Part shown: positions 48,518 to 58,184 of the stretch, in pieces | Numbering within the stretch: the stretch's first letter is position 1 | How the letters are laid out: the number at the start of each line of letters is the position of its first letter | Assembly: GCA_044229975.1 (NCBI GenBank) | Contig: JBGARZ010000003.1 | Span: 288,001 to 352,000 of the forward strand | DNA length: 64,000 nt | Source: Polyangiales bacterium | GTDB taxonomy: Bacteria > Myxococcota_A > Polyangia > Polyangiales > Ga0077539 | Direction: 5' to 3' | Position numbers and translations under genes: made by a program | The notes under the pieces: generated by a model | Databases searched by the model: none | What the model saw: the letters and a program-made list of their open reading frames with translations, nothing else | Told to the model about the DNA's origin: nothing

Positions 48518-49307
48518 AGGCCCGCCACGCCAGCACGGTGTAGGTCACCGCGAAGGCGATGCACTGCGCCGCGGCCATCCCCTCGTCGGCGCGCCACGGC
48601 ACACACAGCCACAGAGACAGCGAGCACCACAGAAGCGCGAGCACGCCCATCGCGCGGGCCCTCGTACGCGGGAGCAGCGGCGTGCGGCGCGAGCGCACCC
48701 AGGTGACGACGGCGTAGGCGAGCGAGAGCACGACCGTGACGGAGCGCACCGCGCGCATGAGCTGATTGACGTGGCGGCGGGCTGGGGTCTCCCAGGAGGT
48801 GTCTCCGCGGATGGAGGCGAGCGCGGCGCGGTGCAGCGCGCGGGCGTCGCGGGCGCGGTGCGCGGGGGCGAGCAGCACGACGAGCACGGCGTCGTCTTCG
48901 AGCGGGACGGCCGTGGCCCAGCGGACGACGGTGACGCCACCTGCGAGCGTCGCGGTGCCTGCGAGGGTCTCCACGGGGAAGCCGAAGACGCGGTCGTGCT
49001 CGACGCGGTCGGTGAACTCGAAAGCGTCGGCGCGGCGGAGCTCGGCGCGCTCGCGGGGGACCAGCGCGCGCTGCGGGACGATCGCGTCGAGGTGCAACAC
49101 CTGCAACACCATGGGCCCCTCGCCCGGCAGGTCGCCCGTTCGTTGGAAGACGTCGAGGAGGTCGGCGCGGGCGTCGTCGAGGGGGACGCGCTCGAAGCGA
49201 TCGGGCGCGGTGAGGGTGAACCGCGGACGCTCGTGACGCGCGACGGGGTTGGCCGTCACCGGCGCGGCGACGAGGACGAGCGCGAGCAGGAGCGCGGGTC
49301 GACGCAC
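48486..49307 (-). CDS. Hypothetical exported/membrane protein (signal peptide, 3 C-terminal TM)
   Basis: 273-aa ORF; hydrophobic segments. Confidence 0.6.
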   Translation of the reverse strand: MRRPALLLALVLVAAPVTANPVARHERPRFTLTAPDRFERVPLDDARADLLDVFQRTGDLPGEGPMVLQVLHLDAIVPQRALVPRERAELRRADAFEFTDRVEHDRVFGFPVETLAGTATLAGGVTVVRWATAVPLEDDAVLVVLLAPAHRARDARALHRAALASIRGDTSWETPARRHVNQLMRAVRSVTVVLSLAYAVVTWVRSRRTPLLPRTRARAMGVLALLWCSLSLWLCVPWRADEGMAAAQCIAFAVTYTVLAWRAFRTGTPPAPG

Positions 49308-49319
49308 CCTGACGACCGA

Positions 49320-49985
49320 TCAGCGCGCGGGGTAGCGGGTGAGATCGAACGCGAAGCCGTCACCGCCGGGCGCGCCTTCGGGCAGGGCGAGGTCGGCGAG
49401 GCGCTCGGCCTCCACGACGGCCTCGTAGCGCACGCGATTGGCGGGGCCGAGGACGCGCAATCGCACCCGCGGGGCGTTGGCTTCGACGACGAAGGACTGC
49501 ACCCGCCGCGCGTCGGCCGAGCCGCCGAGGAAGGTGGGCGTGCCCGCGTTGACGTTGCCGCGCATGACGGCTTCGACGGTGACGCGGTCGACGGGACAGG
49601 GCTCGCGATCGTCGTCGGGGTTGGTGGTGCGACAGCTCGGGAGCAGCGCCCAGAGGCGGCGACCCTGACCGAGCGCACCGAGTCCGTAGGCCGTGGCGCC
49701 GGGCGGGGCGATGAACAAGAACACCCGCATCCGACGGAGCATCCCATCGACGGCGGACACGGGCACCGGGATGACCTCGTTGAGGTCGAGGGTGGTGCGC
49801 GGCGCGGGCGTCGGCTCGGTGGTCGCGGTGGTGGGCGGCGCGACCGCGACGGGCCCGCCCGGTGGGGCCGAGGTGGACGGAGCGGGAGCGCGTCGCCGAG
49901 AGCGTCGGTGCTGCGCCGAGGCGGAAGCAGGGAGGAGCGCGAGCGCGGCCACGAGGGCCGACACGATCGGGGTGCGGATGAGCAT
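49320..49985 (-). CDS. Hypothetical secreted protein with Pro/Thr-rich linker
   Basis: SD GGAGG, signal peptide ..ALLPASASA, PT-rich linker. Confidence 0.7.
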   Translation of the reverse strand: MLIRTPIVSALVAALALLPASASAQHRRSRRRAPAPSTSAPPGGPVAVAPPTTATTEPTPAPRTTLDLNEVIPVPVSAVDGMLRRMRVFLFIAPPGATAYGLGALGQGRRLWALLPSCRTTNPDDDREPCPVDRVTVEAVMRGNVNAGTPTFLGGSADARRVQSFVVEANAPRVRLRVLGPANRVRYEAVVEAERLADLALPEGAPGGDGFAFDLTRYPAR

Positions 49986-50017
49986 GGCGAAGACCTCCGG
50001 CGCGATGATCGCCGATG

Positions 50018-52267
50018 CTACTCCACAGGCGCCGCGGGCGTCGCATTCCGGCCGCGAGCGACCGCAACCACCGCGGCGAGCAGAACGACCAGGGCCGCGG
50101 CGCTCACCCCGGCCCCGCGACGCAGGGAGCGGGGACGAAACTCGAAGGCCACCCGGTGCCTGCCCGCGGGCACGGCGACCGCCTTCTGGTTGATGTTGGC
50201 GCGCACGATGGGCGCCTCGCGGCCGTCGACGGTGGCGACCCAGCCCGGGTACCAGCTCTCGGCGACGATGAGCCACCCGGCGGTGGGCGCGTCGATGGTG
50301 GCGACGATGGCATCGGTGCCGCGGCGCTCGTAGGCGGGCGCGATGAGCGTCGCGGGACCGGTCGTCGGCGCGATGGGGAGCGCCCCCTCGGGCTGGTCGT
50401 GGAGCAGAGCTTCGCGGCGCGGGGAGAAGCGCTCGGAGAACATCCACGCGGCGGCGTGGCGGTCGCTGGTGACGTGCACGGCGTGACCGACGAAGAACAC
50501 GAGCGGCAGCGGATCGCGGACGCGGTAGAGGCGCGGCCATGATCCGCTGGGGATGGCGTCGAGGCGCTGCGACTGCACCTCGACGGGGGCGAGCAGGTGG
50601 GTCACGTGGTTCATCGCGAGGTAGCGGATGAGCGCGCCGTGCGGGACGATGTGGTCACCCTCGACGCGGTAGTTGGCGCGTACGAGGCCGTCGTGGTTGG
50701 GGGCGGTGGGACCCCACGCGCTGTCCATGTACTGCGTCGGAAGCCCGACGTAGCCGTCGGCCGAGGCCATCGACCACAGGAGGTTGGCGTCGGGCTGGAT
50801 GAGGTCGCGGGCGAAAGCGTAGGGGCGCAGATCGCGCCAACCGTGCGCGAGCGAGAAGGAGCGGTCGTGGATGGTCGACGACTCCATCGTGTAGAAGCGC
50901 TCGACGCCGTCGCGGCGCATGGCGAGGGCGGTAGGCGGCGGAGAGAGCCACGCGCGGGCATCGGCGAGCGGGTTCTGCCGGGGCTGGGTGAGCGCGAGGT
51001 CGACGGCCGTGAGCGCGACGAGGACCGCGCCGAGCATCGTCGGAGAGAGGCGCGTGGCGCGGAGCGAAGGGCGCTCGGACCACCACTGCTGGGCGCGCGT
51101 GAGGCCGAGGCCGGCGAGCACCGCGAGGGCGCCGCACGCCACGAAGAGCATCCGCTGCGGCAGACGGAAGCTCGACATCCCCGGCAGCAGCGTGAAGGCC
51201 ACGCGATAGAGCGGCGTGGCCGGACCGAGGGTGAAGAGCAACGCGAGCAGGGCGATGACGCCGAGGGTCTTCACGGCGCGGCGACGGTCGGCCGCGAGGG
51301 CGACGATCGCGAGCGGGACGGCGCACAGCCCGAGGTAGCCGTGCGACTCCCAGAAGACGCCGGTGCCGCGGTAGGTTCCCTCCCCGATGTCGCCGAAGGG
51401 GTACGGCACGATCAACCCCAGCAGGTTGGGCGGCCAGAACACCCACGACGTGGCGAACTCCCATGTGACGCCACCATGGCGACCGGACGTCCCGCCGAGC
51501 TCGGCCATCGGGAGGAGCTGCACCGCCCCGAGCGCGATGCCCACCATACAGGCTACGGTAAAGCGGCCGAGCGCGATGGCCCGCGCGCGGCGCCCGGCGT
51601 GGGCAGACCAGGCGCGCACCACCGCCCAGAGCCCGTAGCCGAGCAGGCAGTAGTAGAGCGACTGCGGAAACGCCGCCAGCACCTGCAATCCGAGCATCGC
51701 GGCGAAGGCGACGAGGGCGCGGTCGCGACGAGGCCCGGCGTCGACGGGGGCGAGCGCGTCTTCGACGAGCGAGAGGCCGAGGGGAAACCAGGCGATGGTC
51801 CCGAGCACGCCCATGTGGCGCCACTGCGAGACGAGCACGCCGCCGTGGGCCCACACGAGACCCGCCAGCACGGCGCCCGACCGCGACGCGCCGAGCACGC
51901 GCGCAAGCCGGGCGGCGCCGAAGCCGGCGATGGCGAGCATCAGCAGCAGGAAGGCGTCGTAGGCCGCGGCGGGTGGGAGCAGCGTGAAGAGAACGGCCCC
52001 GATGGGGTCGAGGGCGCCGCCGCCCGCGAAGAGGGGATAGCCGGAGTAGAGGTTGGGCTCCCAGAGCGGGAGGTGGCCCGAGCGGAGGGCGCGGCCGACG
52101 GCGGCGTGGATGGGGAGCTCGGCGCCCATGAGGTCGGCGACGAAGATGTCGTCGGCGAGGTTGACCGCGCGGAAGGTCAGCAGCCGCGGGTACGGCAGCA
52201 CCAGCAGCGCCGCGAGCAGCGCCCACGGCGACCAGCGGGCGAGGCGACCCTCGGGCGGGGCGGTCAT
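50018..52267 (-). CDS. YfhO-like GT-C membrane protein
   Basis: GHLPLWEPNLYSGYPL, GAVQLLP, WES..YLG, FRLPQR, C-terminal ESWYPGWVATVDG...RAN...AVAVPAGRHRV. Confidence 0.88.
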   Translation of the reverse strand: MTAPPEGRLARWSPWALLAALLVLPYPRLLTFRAVNLADDIFVADLMGAELPIHAAVGRALRSGHLPLWEPNLYSGYPLFAGGGALDPIGAVLFTLLPPAAAYDAFLLLMLAIAGFGAARLARVLGASRSGAVLAGLVWAHGGVLVSQWRHMGVLGTIAWFPLGLSLVEDALAPVDAGPRRDRALVAFAAMLGLQVLAAFPQSLYYCLLGYGLWAVVRAWSAHAGRRARAIALGRFTVACMVGIALGAVQLLPMAELGGTSGRHGGVTWEFATSWVFWPPNLLGLIVPYPFGDIGEGTYRGTGVFWESHGYLGLCAVPLAIVALAADRRRAVKTLGVIALLALLFTLGPATPLYRVAFTLLPGMSSFRLPQRMLFVACGALAVLAGLGLTRAQQWWSERPSLRATRLSPTMLGAVLVALTAVDLALTQPRQNPLADARAWLSPPPTALAMRRDGVERFYTMESSTIHDRSFSLAHGWRDLRPYAFARDLIQPDANLLWSMASADGYVGLPTQYMDSAWGPTAPNHDGLVRANYRVEGDHIVPHGALIRYLAMNHVTHLLAPVEVQSQRLDAIPSGSWPRLYRVRDPLPLVFFVGHAVHVTSDRHAAAWMFSERFSPRREALLHDQPEGALPIAPTTGPATLIAPAYERRGTDAIVATIDAPTAGWLIVAESWYPGWVATVDGREAPIVRANINQKAVAVPAGRHRVAFEFRPRSLRRGAGVSAAALVVLLAAVVAVARGRNATPAAPVE

Positions 52268-52272
52268 CGGGC

Positions 52273-52845
52273 TCAGTGCGGGGCGTTGGGCGTGGTGGCG
52301 CCCGCGGCGTTGACGCGCAGGCGCTCGGCGATGCGCTCGCGCACCGGGGCGTTTTCGCGGTCGAGCGACTCGCGGCGGCGGATGGCCTCCAGGCGGGCGC
52401 GCGGCACGGCGGCGCTGACCAGGTTGGCGTGCGCGTCGGCGAACTCGGCCACCACGCCCCAGGCCCCGATGGCTTCGCGCCAGAGCCCCTGGGCCTCGTT
52501 GAGTTCGGCGATGCCGACGAGGGCGCGCGCGCGGTCGGCGTCGGCGCTCGACTCGATGGCGAGGCGGAGCGCCTCGCGGTAGTTGCCGAGCGCGGTGGCG
52601 GCCTCGTTGCGGGCGCGGGAGACGGCGGCCATGCGCAGCCACGGAACGGGCGATCGCGGGTCACGCTGCACGGCCTCGCGGAAGGCCGTCATCGCACCGT
52701 CGTAGTCGTGCTGGAGGAAGGCCGTCGCCCCGCGGTGGAGGCTCTGCTCAAAGGGTGGCGGCGTACGCGGCGGCGTCTGCGCGAGCGCGGTGGCGGGGCC
52801 CACGGAGAGCAGTGCGAAGAGGGCGAGGACGGAGGGTCGCGGCAC
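52273..52845 (-). CDS. Secreted TPR protein
   Basis: Signal peptide ..PATALA, helical repeats (DYDGAMTAFREAVQRDP). Confidence 0.78.
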   Translation of the reverse strand: MPRPSVLALFALLSVGPATALAQTPPRTPPPFEQSLHRGATAFLQHDYDGAMTAFREAVQRDPRSPVPWLRMAAVSRARNEAATALGNYREALRLAIESSADADRARALVGIAELNEAQGLWREAIGAWGVVAEFADAHANLVSAAVPRARLEAIRRRESLDRENAPVRERIAERLRVNAAGATTPNAPH

Positions 52846-52866
52846 GGCGGCGACGATACACAACCG

Positions 52867-53541
52867 TCAGTGCGCGCGGTACTCGTAGTAGTAGCGGAGC
52901 ACCTGGCGGACGTAGTGCTGGGTCTCCTCGTACGGGGGCACCGCGCCGTAGCGGATGACCGCGCCGCTGCCGGCGTTGTAGGCCGCGAGGGTGAGCACGA
53001 GGTCGCCGTTGAAGGTGTTGGCGAGCACGCGCAGGTAGCGGGTGCCGCCGAGCACGCTCTGGCGCGGGTCGAAGGGGTCGGTGACGGTCATGCTCTGCGC
53101 GGTGGCGGGGAGCATCTGCATGAGGCCGAGGGCGCCCGACGAGGAGACGCTCCAGGCGTTGAAGTCGCTCTCCTGCTTGATGACCGCGCGGATGAGCGCC
53201 TCGGGGATCTGGTAGAGCTGCGCCGCCTCGCGGATGAACGGGTCGTAGCGGGTGTAGCGGCTCGTGTCGCCGCGGGCGGCGTCGTACTGCGCGCGCACCT
53301 CGGGGCCGATGGTCGGCATGTTGGGCGCGCTGATGACCTGGGACGGTGCGTCGGGCGGCGGCCGGTGGTCGGGCGTCGAGATGATGACCCGCGCGTTGGG
53401 CCGACGGTTGGCGGGGACGTTGGTGAAGTGCAGCGAGCCATCGGCGCCACGCGACATCCAGATCTGCGCCGACGCGGCGGGAGCCAGGGCGAGCAGGGCA
53501 GCAGCGAAGGACGTCAAGGCGGGCAGGCGCACGGTGGTCAC
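52867..53541 (-). CDS. Lytic transglycosylase (SLT domain) with N-terminal DUF4124-like segment
   Basis: DGSLHFTNVP; LIRAVIKQESDF, GALGLMQMLP, AAYNAG, VPPYEETQHYV. Confidence 0.93.
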   Translation of the reverse strand: MTTVRLPALTSFAAALLALAPAASAQIWMSRGADGSLHFTNVPANRRPNARVIISTPDHRPPPDAPSQVISAPNMPTIGPEVRAQYDAARGDTSRYTRYDPFIREAAQLYQIPEALIRAVIKQESDFNAWSVSSSGALGLMQMLPATAQSMTVTDPFDPRQSVLGGTRYLRVLANTFNGDLVLTLAAYNAGSGAVIRYGAVPPYEETQHYVRQVLRYYYEYRAH

Positions 53542-53613
53542 ACGATAGCCAACGACGGGGGTCGAGGGCTAGTTCCCGGAGAGGCGACGGGGGGGTATGG
53601 TGCGCGGACATCG

Positions 53614-55218
53614 ATGCGAGAGACCACGGACTTCCTCGTTCTCGGCAGCGGCATCGCCGGGCTCACCCTGGCACTTCGGGCGGCGGAGAAGGGCGACGTG
53701 CTCATCGTCACCAAGCGCGCCCGCGACGACGCCAACACCACCTACGCCCAGGGCGGCATCTCGGCGGTGCTCGACCCCAACGACAGCTTCGACGCCCACG
53801 TCGACGACACGCTCGTGGCCGGCGCCGGGCTCTGCAAGAAGGACATCGTCGAGATCTGCGTGAAGGAGGGCCCCGAGGCCATCGCCGACCTCGTGGCGCT
53901 CGGCACGCGCTTCAACCGCGTCGTGGGCGCCGACGGCAACAGCCACTTCGAGCTCGCGCGCGAGGGCGGCCACAGCGCGCGGCGGGTCATCCACTCGGGG
54001 GACATCACCGGGCGCGAGGTCGAGCGCGCACTGCTGGAAGCCGCCGAGGCGCACCCGCGCATCCGCTTCCTCGAACACCACATGGCCGTCGACCTCATCA
54101 CGCTGTCGAAGTTCGGCGGGCCTGATGTGTGCGCCGGGGCCTACGTGCTCGACACCCAGCGCGCGACGGTGCTCACCGTGCTGGCGCGGGCGACGGTGCT
54201 CGCGACGGGCGGCGCGGGGAAGGTCTACCTCTACACGTCCAACCCGGACGTCGCGACGGGCGACGGGGTCGCGATGGCCTACCGCGCGGGGGCCGAGGTC
54301 GCGAACATGGAGTTCTATCAATTCCATCCGACGGTGCTCTACCACCCGCAGGCCAAGAGCTTTCTCATCAGCGAGGCGCTGCGCGGAGAGGGCGGCGTGC
54401 TCCGCCTCGAAGACGGAACGGCCTTCATGAAGAAGCACCACGCGATGGCCGACCTCGCGCCGCGCGACGTGGTGGCCCGCGCCATCGACTACGAGATGAA
54501 GCGCTCGGGCGAAGACTGCGTGTGGCTCGACATGACGCACCACACGGCCGACTTCCTGCGGCAGCGCTTTCCCAACATCCACGCCGAGTGTCTTCGGTAC
54601 GGCGTCGACATGACCGAGCGGCCGATCCCGGTGGTTCCGGCGGCGCACTACTGCTGCGGCGGGGTGACGACCGACGCGTGGGGGCGCACGTCCATCCCAG
54701 GGCTGTGGGCGGTGGGTGAGGTCGCGTGCACGGGGCTGCACGGCGCCAACCGCCTCGCGAGCAACTCGCTGCTGGAGGGGCTCGTGTTCGGCAAGCGCGC
54801 GGCGGCGATTCTCCACGAGGAGGCGCGGAGTGAGCCGTGGCCGGAGGTTCCGGATTGGGACGCCGGGCAGGCGGCGCCGAGCGACGAGGCCGTGGTGGTC
54901 ACCCAGAACTGGGACGAGCTCCGTCGGCTCATGTGGAACTACGTCGGCATCGTTCGCTCCAACAAGCGCCTCCAGCGCGCGTCACGGCGCATCGCGCTGC
55001 TCCAGGAGGAGATCCGCGACTACTACTGGAACCACCTCGTCACTCGCGACATGTTGGAGCTGCGCAACATCGCGACGGTGGCCGAGCTCATCGTGGCGAG
55101 CGCCCTGTGCCGCAAGGAGTCGCGGGGTCTGCACTACACACTCGACCACCGCGACACCGACATGACGCAGGCACGAGACTCGGTCGTGAAGCGCGGCGTG
55201 GGCGCACACCTGCGTTGA
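53614..55218 (+). CDS. nadB: L-aspartate oxidase
   Basis: VLGSGIAGL, TTYAQGGI, REGGHSARRVIH, QFHPT, LISEALRGEG, LAPRDVVARAI, PAAHYCCGG, GLHGANRLASNSLLE, ESRGLH. Confidence 0.97.
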   Translation: MRETTDFLVLGSGIAGLTLALRAAEKGDVLIVTKRARDDANTTYAQGGISAVLDPNDSFDAHVDDTLVAGAGLCKKDIVEICVKEGPEAIADLVALGTRFNRVVGADGNSHFELAREGGHSARRVIHSGDITGREVERALLEAAEAHPRIRFLEHHMAVDLITLSKFGGPDVCAGAYVLDTQRATVLTVLARATVLATGGAGKVYLYTSNPDVATGDGVAMAYRAGAEVANMEFYQFHPTVLYHPQAKSFLISEALRGEGGVLRLEDGTAFMKKHHAMADLAPRDVVARAIDYEMKRSGEDCVWLDMTHHTADFLRQRFPNIHAECLRYGVDMTERPIPVVPAAHYCCGGVTTDAWGRTSIPGLWAVGEVACTGLHGANRLASNSLLEGLVFGKRAAAILHEEARSEPWPEVPDWDAGQAAPSDEAVVVTQNWDELRRLMWNYVGIVRSNKRLQRASRRIALLQEEIRDYYWNHLVTRDMLELRNIATVAELIVASALCRKESRGLHYTLDHRDTDMTQARDSVVKRGVGAHLR

Positions 55219-55279
55219 CACCACCGCGACCGCGACGGCAACGTCATCGACGGCACTGATCCGGTCGAGGTGATGGTTG

Positions 55280-56839
55280 ATGTCGAGGCGCGCGCGGAGC
55301 GGGTTGTGGTTGGCGGCGGTGGTCGGCGTGCTCAGCGGTTGCGGCGGCGACGGGGCCTGGGCGCCGTGGATGTTCATCGACAGCGGCAGCACCGACGACA
55401 CTGCGACGGCGGCGACGGACGTGGCCGCGAGCGACGTGGTCGATGCGGGCGACGTGATCGATGCGGGCGCGCGTGACGCGGACGGCGGCGATGCCTCCGA
55501 TGGTGGCGATGCCCCCGATGGTGACGACGCAACGGCGCTGGATGTGACGCTGGTCTTCGACGCAGCCGACGTGGGCGCCGCGCCGGACGCCGGGTTCGAC
55601 GCGGGCGGTACGACCGACGTCGGCGTCGCGATGGATGCGGGCGTCGATGTGCCCGTCGACCGGGGACAACCCGTCGACACGGGCTTCGATGTCCCCGTCG
55701 ACCGAGGGCAACCCGTCGACACCGGTGTCGATGTGCCCGTCGACCGGGGACAGCCCATCGACGCGGGCGTTGATGTCCCGGTCGATCGCGGGCCCACCGA
55801 CACGGGCGTCGACGTCCCCATCGATCGCGGTCCAGCAGATACCGGCGTTGACGTCCCCATCGATCGCGGACCCACCGACACGGGCGTCGACGTCCCCATC
55901 GATCGGGGCCCGACGGACACGGGCGTCGACGTCCCCATCGATCGGGGCCCGACGGACACGGGCGTTGATGTTCCGGTCGACGTCGGCAGCACCGCGGACA
56001 CGGGCGGCGTCCCGGCCCCCGACCCGGTCAGCTACACCGGGAGCTTCGCGGTGCGCACCGGGCGCTTCACCGCCAACCTCACGGTGCAGGGCGAGCGGCG
56101 CAGCATCGTGCTCGTCGTCCCCACCAACGCCGGGAGCAATCCCCCTCTCCTGCTGCTCTTCCATGGGACCAACGGAGACGGCGCGGGCGTGATGACCGAG
56201 GCCAACGCGCAGGCCCTCGCCAACAGCGCCGGGGTCATCGTCGCCGCGCCCTCCTCGCGCTGGATCGGTCACGGCGACTGGGACCACGCCACCGAAGAGA
56301 CCTACTGGGAGACCGCGCCCAACACGGACATCAACAACAACCAGGACATCGTCCTGACACGCGCCATCATGGTCGAGGCCCAGCGCGCGTACGGCGTCGA
56401 CCCCGCCCGCATCTACGCGATGGGTCACTCCAACGGTGCGTTCTTCGCGCAGTTCATCGCGGTGCTACTGCGCGACCGCATCGCGGCGTTTACCGAGAAC
56501 TCGGGCGGTCTCGTGCGCTGCGGCCGCACCACGGGGTGCACCTTCCGCGGCAGCGGCACGACGTGCTCCGTGCTCGCGACCCGCTCGGGCTACTGCGCGT
56601 GCACCGGCGCCGAGCTCGCGGTGCCAGTCCCCACGAGCGGGCGCATGCCCCCCGGCCTGCTCACCCACGGTACCGACGACCCCCTCGTCTCGGTCTATTA
56701 CACCTGCACCCTCGCCCAGCGCATGACGGCGAACGGCCACTACCAGGAGACCCAGCTCTTCAACGGGGAGGGACACGCCATCCCCTCCAACTGGGCGCAG
56801 CTCGTGTGGCCGTTCTTGTCGACGCGCCGCCTGTACTAG
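55280..56839 (+). CDS. Lipoprotein with Asp-rich repeat stalk and PHB depolymerase/LpqC-like alpha/beta-hydrolase domain
   Basis: Lipobox LSGC; PLLLLFHGT, VDPARIYAMGHSNGA, HGTDDPLV, GEGH. Confidence 0.85.
   Translation: MSRRARSGLWLAAVVGVLSGCGGDGAWAPWMFIDSGSTDDTATAATDVAASDVVDAGDVIDAGARDADGGDASDGGDAPDGDDATALDVTLVFDAADVGAAPDAGFDAGGTTDVGVAMDAGVDVPVDRGQPVDTGFDVPVDRGQPVDTGVDVPVDRGQPIDAGVDVPVDRGPTDTGVDVPIDRGPADTGVDVPIDRGPTDTGVDVPIDRGPTDTGVDVPIDRGPTDTGVDVPVDVGSTADTGGVPAPDPVSYTGSFAVRTGRFTANLTVQGERRSIVLVVPTNAGSNPPLLLLFHGTNGDGAGVMTEANAQALANSAGVIVAAPSSRWIGHGDWDHATEETYWETAPNTDINNNQDIVLTRAIMVEAQRAYGVDPARIYAMGHSNGAFFAQFIAVLLRDRIAAFTENSGGLVRCGRTTGCTFRGSGTTCSVLATRSGYCACTGAELAVPVPTSGRMPPGLLTHGTDDPLVSVYYTCTLAQRMTANGHYQETQLFNGEGHAIPSNWAQLVWPFLSTRRLY
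55634..55981 (+). repeat. Intragenic tandem repeats: 3 x 42 bp + 5 x 39 bp + partial unit (DTGVDVP[IV]DRG[PQ]x)
   Basis: Direct DNA repeats such as gacacgggcgtcgacgtccccatcgatcg. Confidence 0.9.
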
Positions 56840-57147
56840 CAGCCCTCGTCGACGACGCCGTTGCAGTTGTCGTCACAGCCGTTGCACACCTCGGCCGAGC
56901 CCTGCACGCACCCGCCGCACGCCCGCTGATAGACGGGAGGGGGCTGCTGGTACACCGGCTGCGCCGGCTGCTGATAGACGGGCTGCTGCTGGTAGACGGG
57001 CTGCTGCTGCTGCACCACCACGCTGCCGCGCGCCCCGTAGTACACGGGCTGCGGTCGCGCCCTCACGACGCATCCGCCGAGCGCGAGCGCGCCCACCACT
57101 GCCACCGCCGCCGAGACCGCCCAACGAGCCTTGTTCGTGTTGATCAC
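56836..57147 (-). CDS. Small lipoprotein with QQQPVY repeats and a C-terminal E.CNG.DDNCNG.VDE putative metal-binding motif
   Basis: Lipobox LGGC; Gln-rich repeats; MopE-type Cys/Asp motif. Confidence 0.78.
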   Translation of the reverse strand: MINTNKARWAVSAAVAVVGALALGGCVVRARPQPVYYGARGSVVVQQQQPVYQQQPVYQQPAQPVYQQPPPVYQRACGGCVQGSAEVCNGCDDNCNGVVDEGC

Positions 57148-57271
57148 CGATGTACCTCTTTGCCCTGATGATGGAAGACCCGCGGGCTCTCCGACCGCGT
57201 GCGGGCGCAGGGTAGCGCATCCGCCGCGCGGGGTTGCCGTCCGCGATGCGCTTCGGCTACGGTCCGCCGCG

Positions 57272-58156
57272 ATGTCAGGCCTCCGTCCCCTCTCCGCTGC
57301 GTTTGTGCTGGCTTTTCTGGCTCCGGCTTGCGCGTCCTCCCAGAGCGCGCGCGCCGCCGTGCACTACCAGGACGAGGCCCGCGAGGCCTACGAGCAGGCC
57401 ATGCAGCGCTTCCGCGACGAGGAGTGGCCCGAGGCGATGGAGGCGTTTCGCACCGTCCACCACGACTACTCCACCTCGCGCTGGGGCTCGCTCGCCGAGC
57501 TCCGCATGGCCGATGTGCAGTTCAAGCAGGAGCAGTTCACCGAGGCCCTCGCGGCCTACCGCGCCTGGCTCCGCTACCACGCCTCGTCGAGCGAGTCCGT
57601 GCACGCGCACTTCATGATCGCGCGCTGCTACGTGTCCCAGATGCCGGACGACTGGTTCCTGGTTCCGCCGAGCTTCGAGCGTGACCTGAGCGCCGTGCAC
57701 GACGCGCAGGGCGCCCTCTCGCGCTTCATCCGCGACTACCCCGAGGCCACGCAGCTCACCGAGGCGCGCACCCTCCTGCGCGACGTGCGCCTCGTGCTCG
57801 CCCGCCACGAGCTCTACGTCGCGGAGTTCTACGTCACCCGCGAGCGCTATCCCGCCGCCATCAACCGCCTGCTCGGCGTCGTGGGCAACTACGAGGGCAC
57901 CGGCCTCGAAGCGCAGTCGCTCCTCCAGCTCGGCGAGCTGTACCTCCGCACCGACCAGCAGCCCCAGGCCCGCGGCGCCTTCGAATCCATCATCGAGACG
58001 TACCCCCGTTCGCCCCAGGTCGAGGCCGCGCGGCGCTACCTCGCGCGCGTCGGCCCCGGCCCGACGGTCGCGCTCGACACCTCGGCGGCCATCATCTCCA
58101 CGTCCTCGTCCTCCTCGTCGTCGTCCTCGTCCCGCCCGTCGCGGGCCGTCCAGTAG
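57272..58156 (+). CDS. bamD: Outer membrane protein assembly factor BamD
   Basis: Lipobox LAPAC; TPR-like helices, ..ERDLS..., LARHELYVAEFY..RERY.AAINR. Confidence 0.85.
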   Translation: MSGLRPLSAAFVLAFLAPACASSQSARAAVHYQDEAREAYEQAMQRFRDEEWPEAMEAFRTVHHDYSTSRWGSLAELRMADVQFKQEQFTEALAAYRAWLRYHASSSESVHAHFMIARCYVSQMPDDWFLVPPSFERDLSAVHDAQGALSRFIRDYPEATQLTEARTLLRDVRLVLARHELYVAEFYVTRERYPAAINRLLGVVGNYEGTGLEAQSLLQLGELYLRTDQQPQARGAFESIIETYPRSPQVEAARRYLARVGPGPTVALDTSAAIISTSSSSSSSSSSRPSRAVQ

Positions 58157-58184
58157 TCGTTCGCCTCGAAGGAGCCGCGCACCG

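Noticed and set aside
52276..53613. 980-aa NadB fusion ORF
   Set aside because: The upstream part is antisense to the SLT and TPR genes. NadB homology starts at 53614.
55634..55981. 39-42 bp periodic repeats as a possible CRISPR array
   Set aside because: Repeats are contiguous, in-frame and vary at synonymous positions; no unique spacers and no cas genes.
58095..58135. TCC/TCG microsatellite-like run as a phase-variation tract
   Set aside because: Mixed-codon poly-Ser tail of BamD in triplet units; slippage would not shift the frame.
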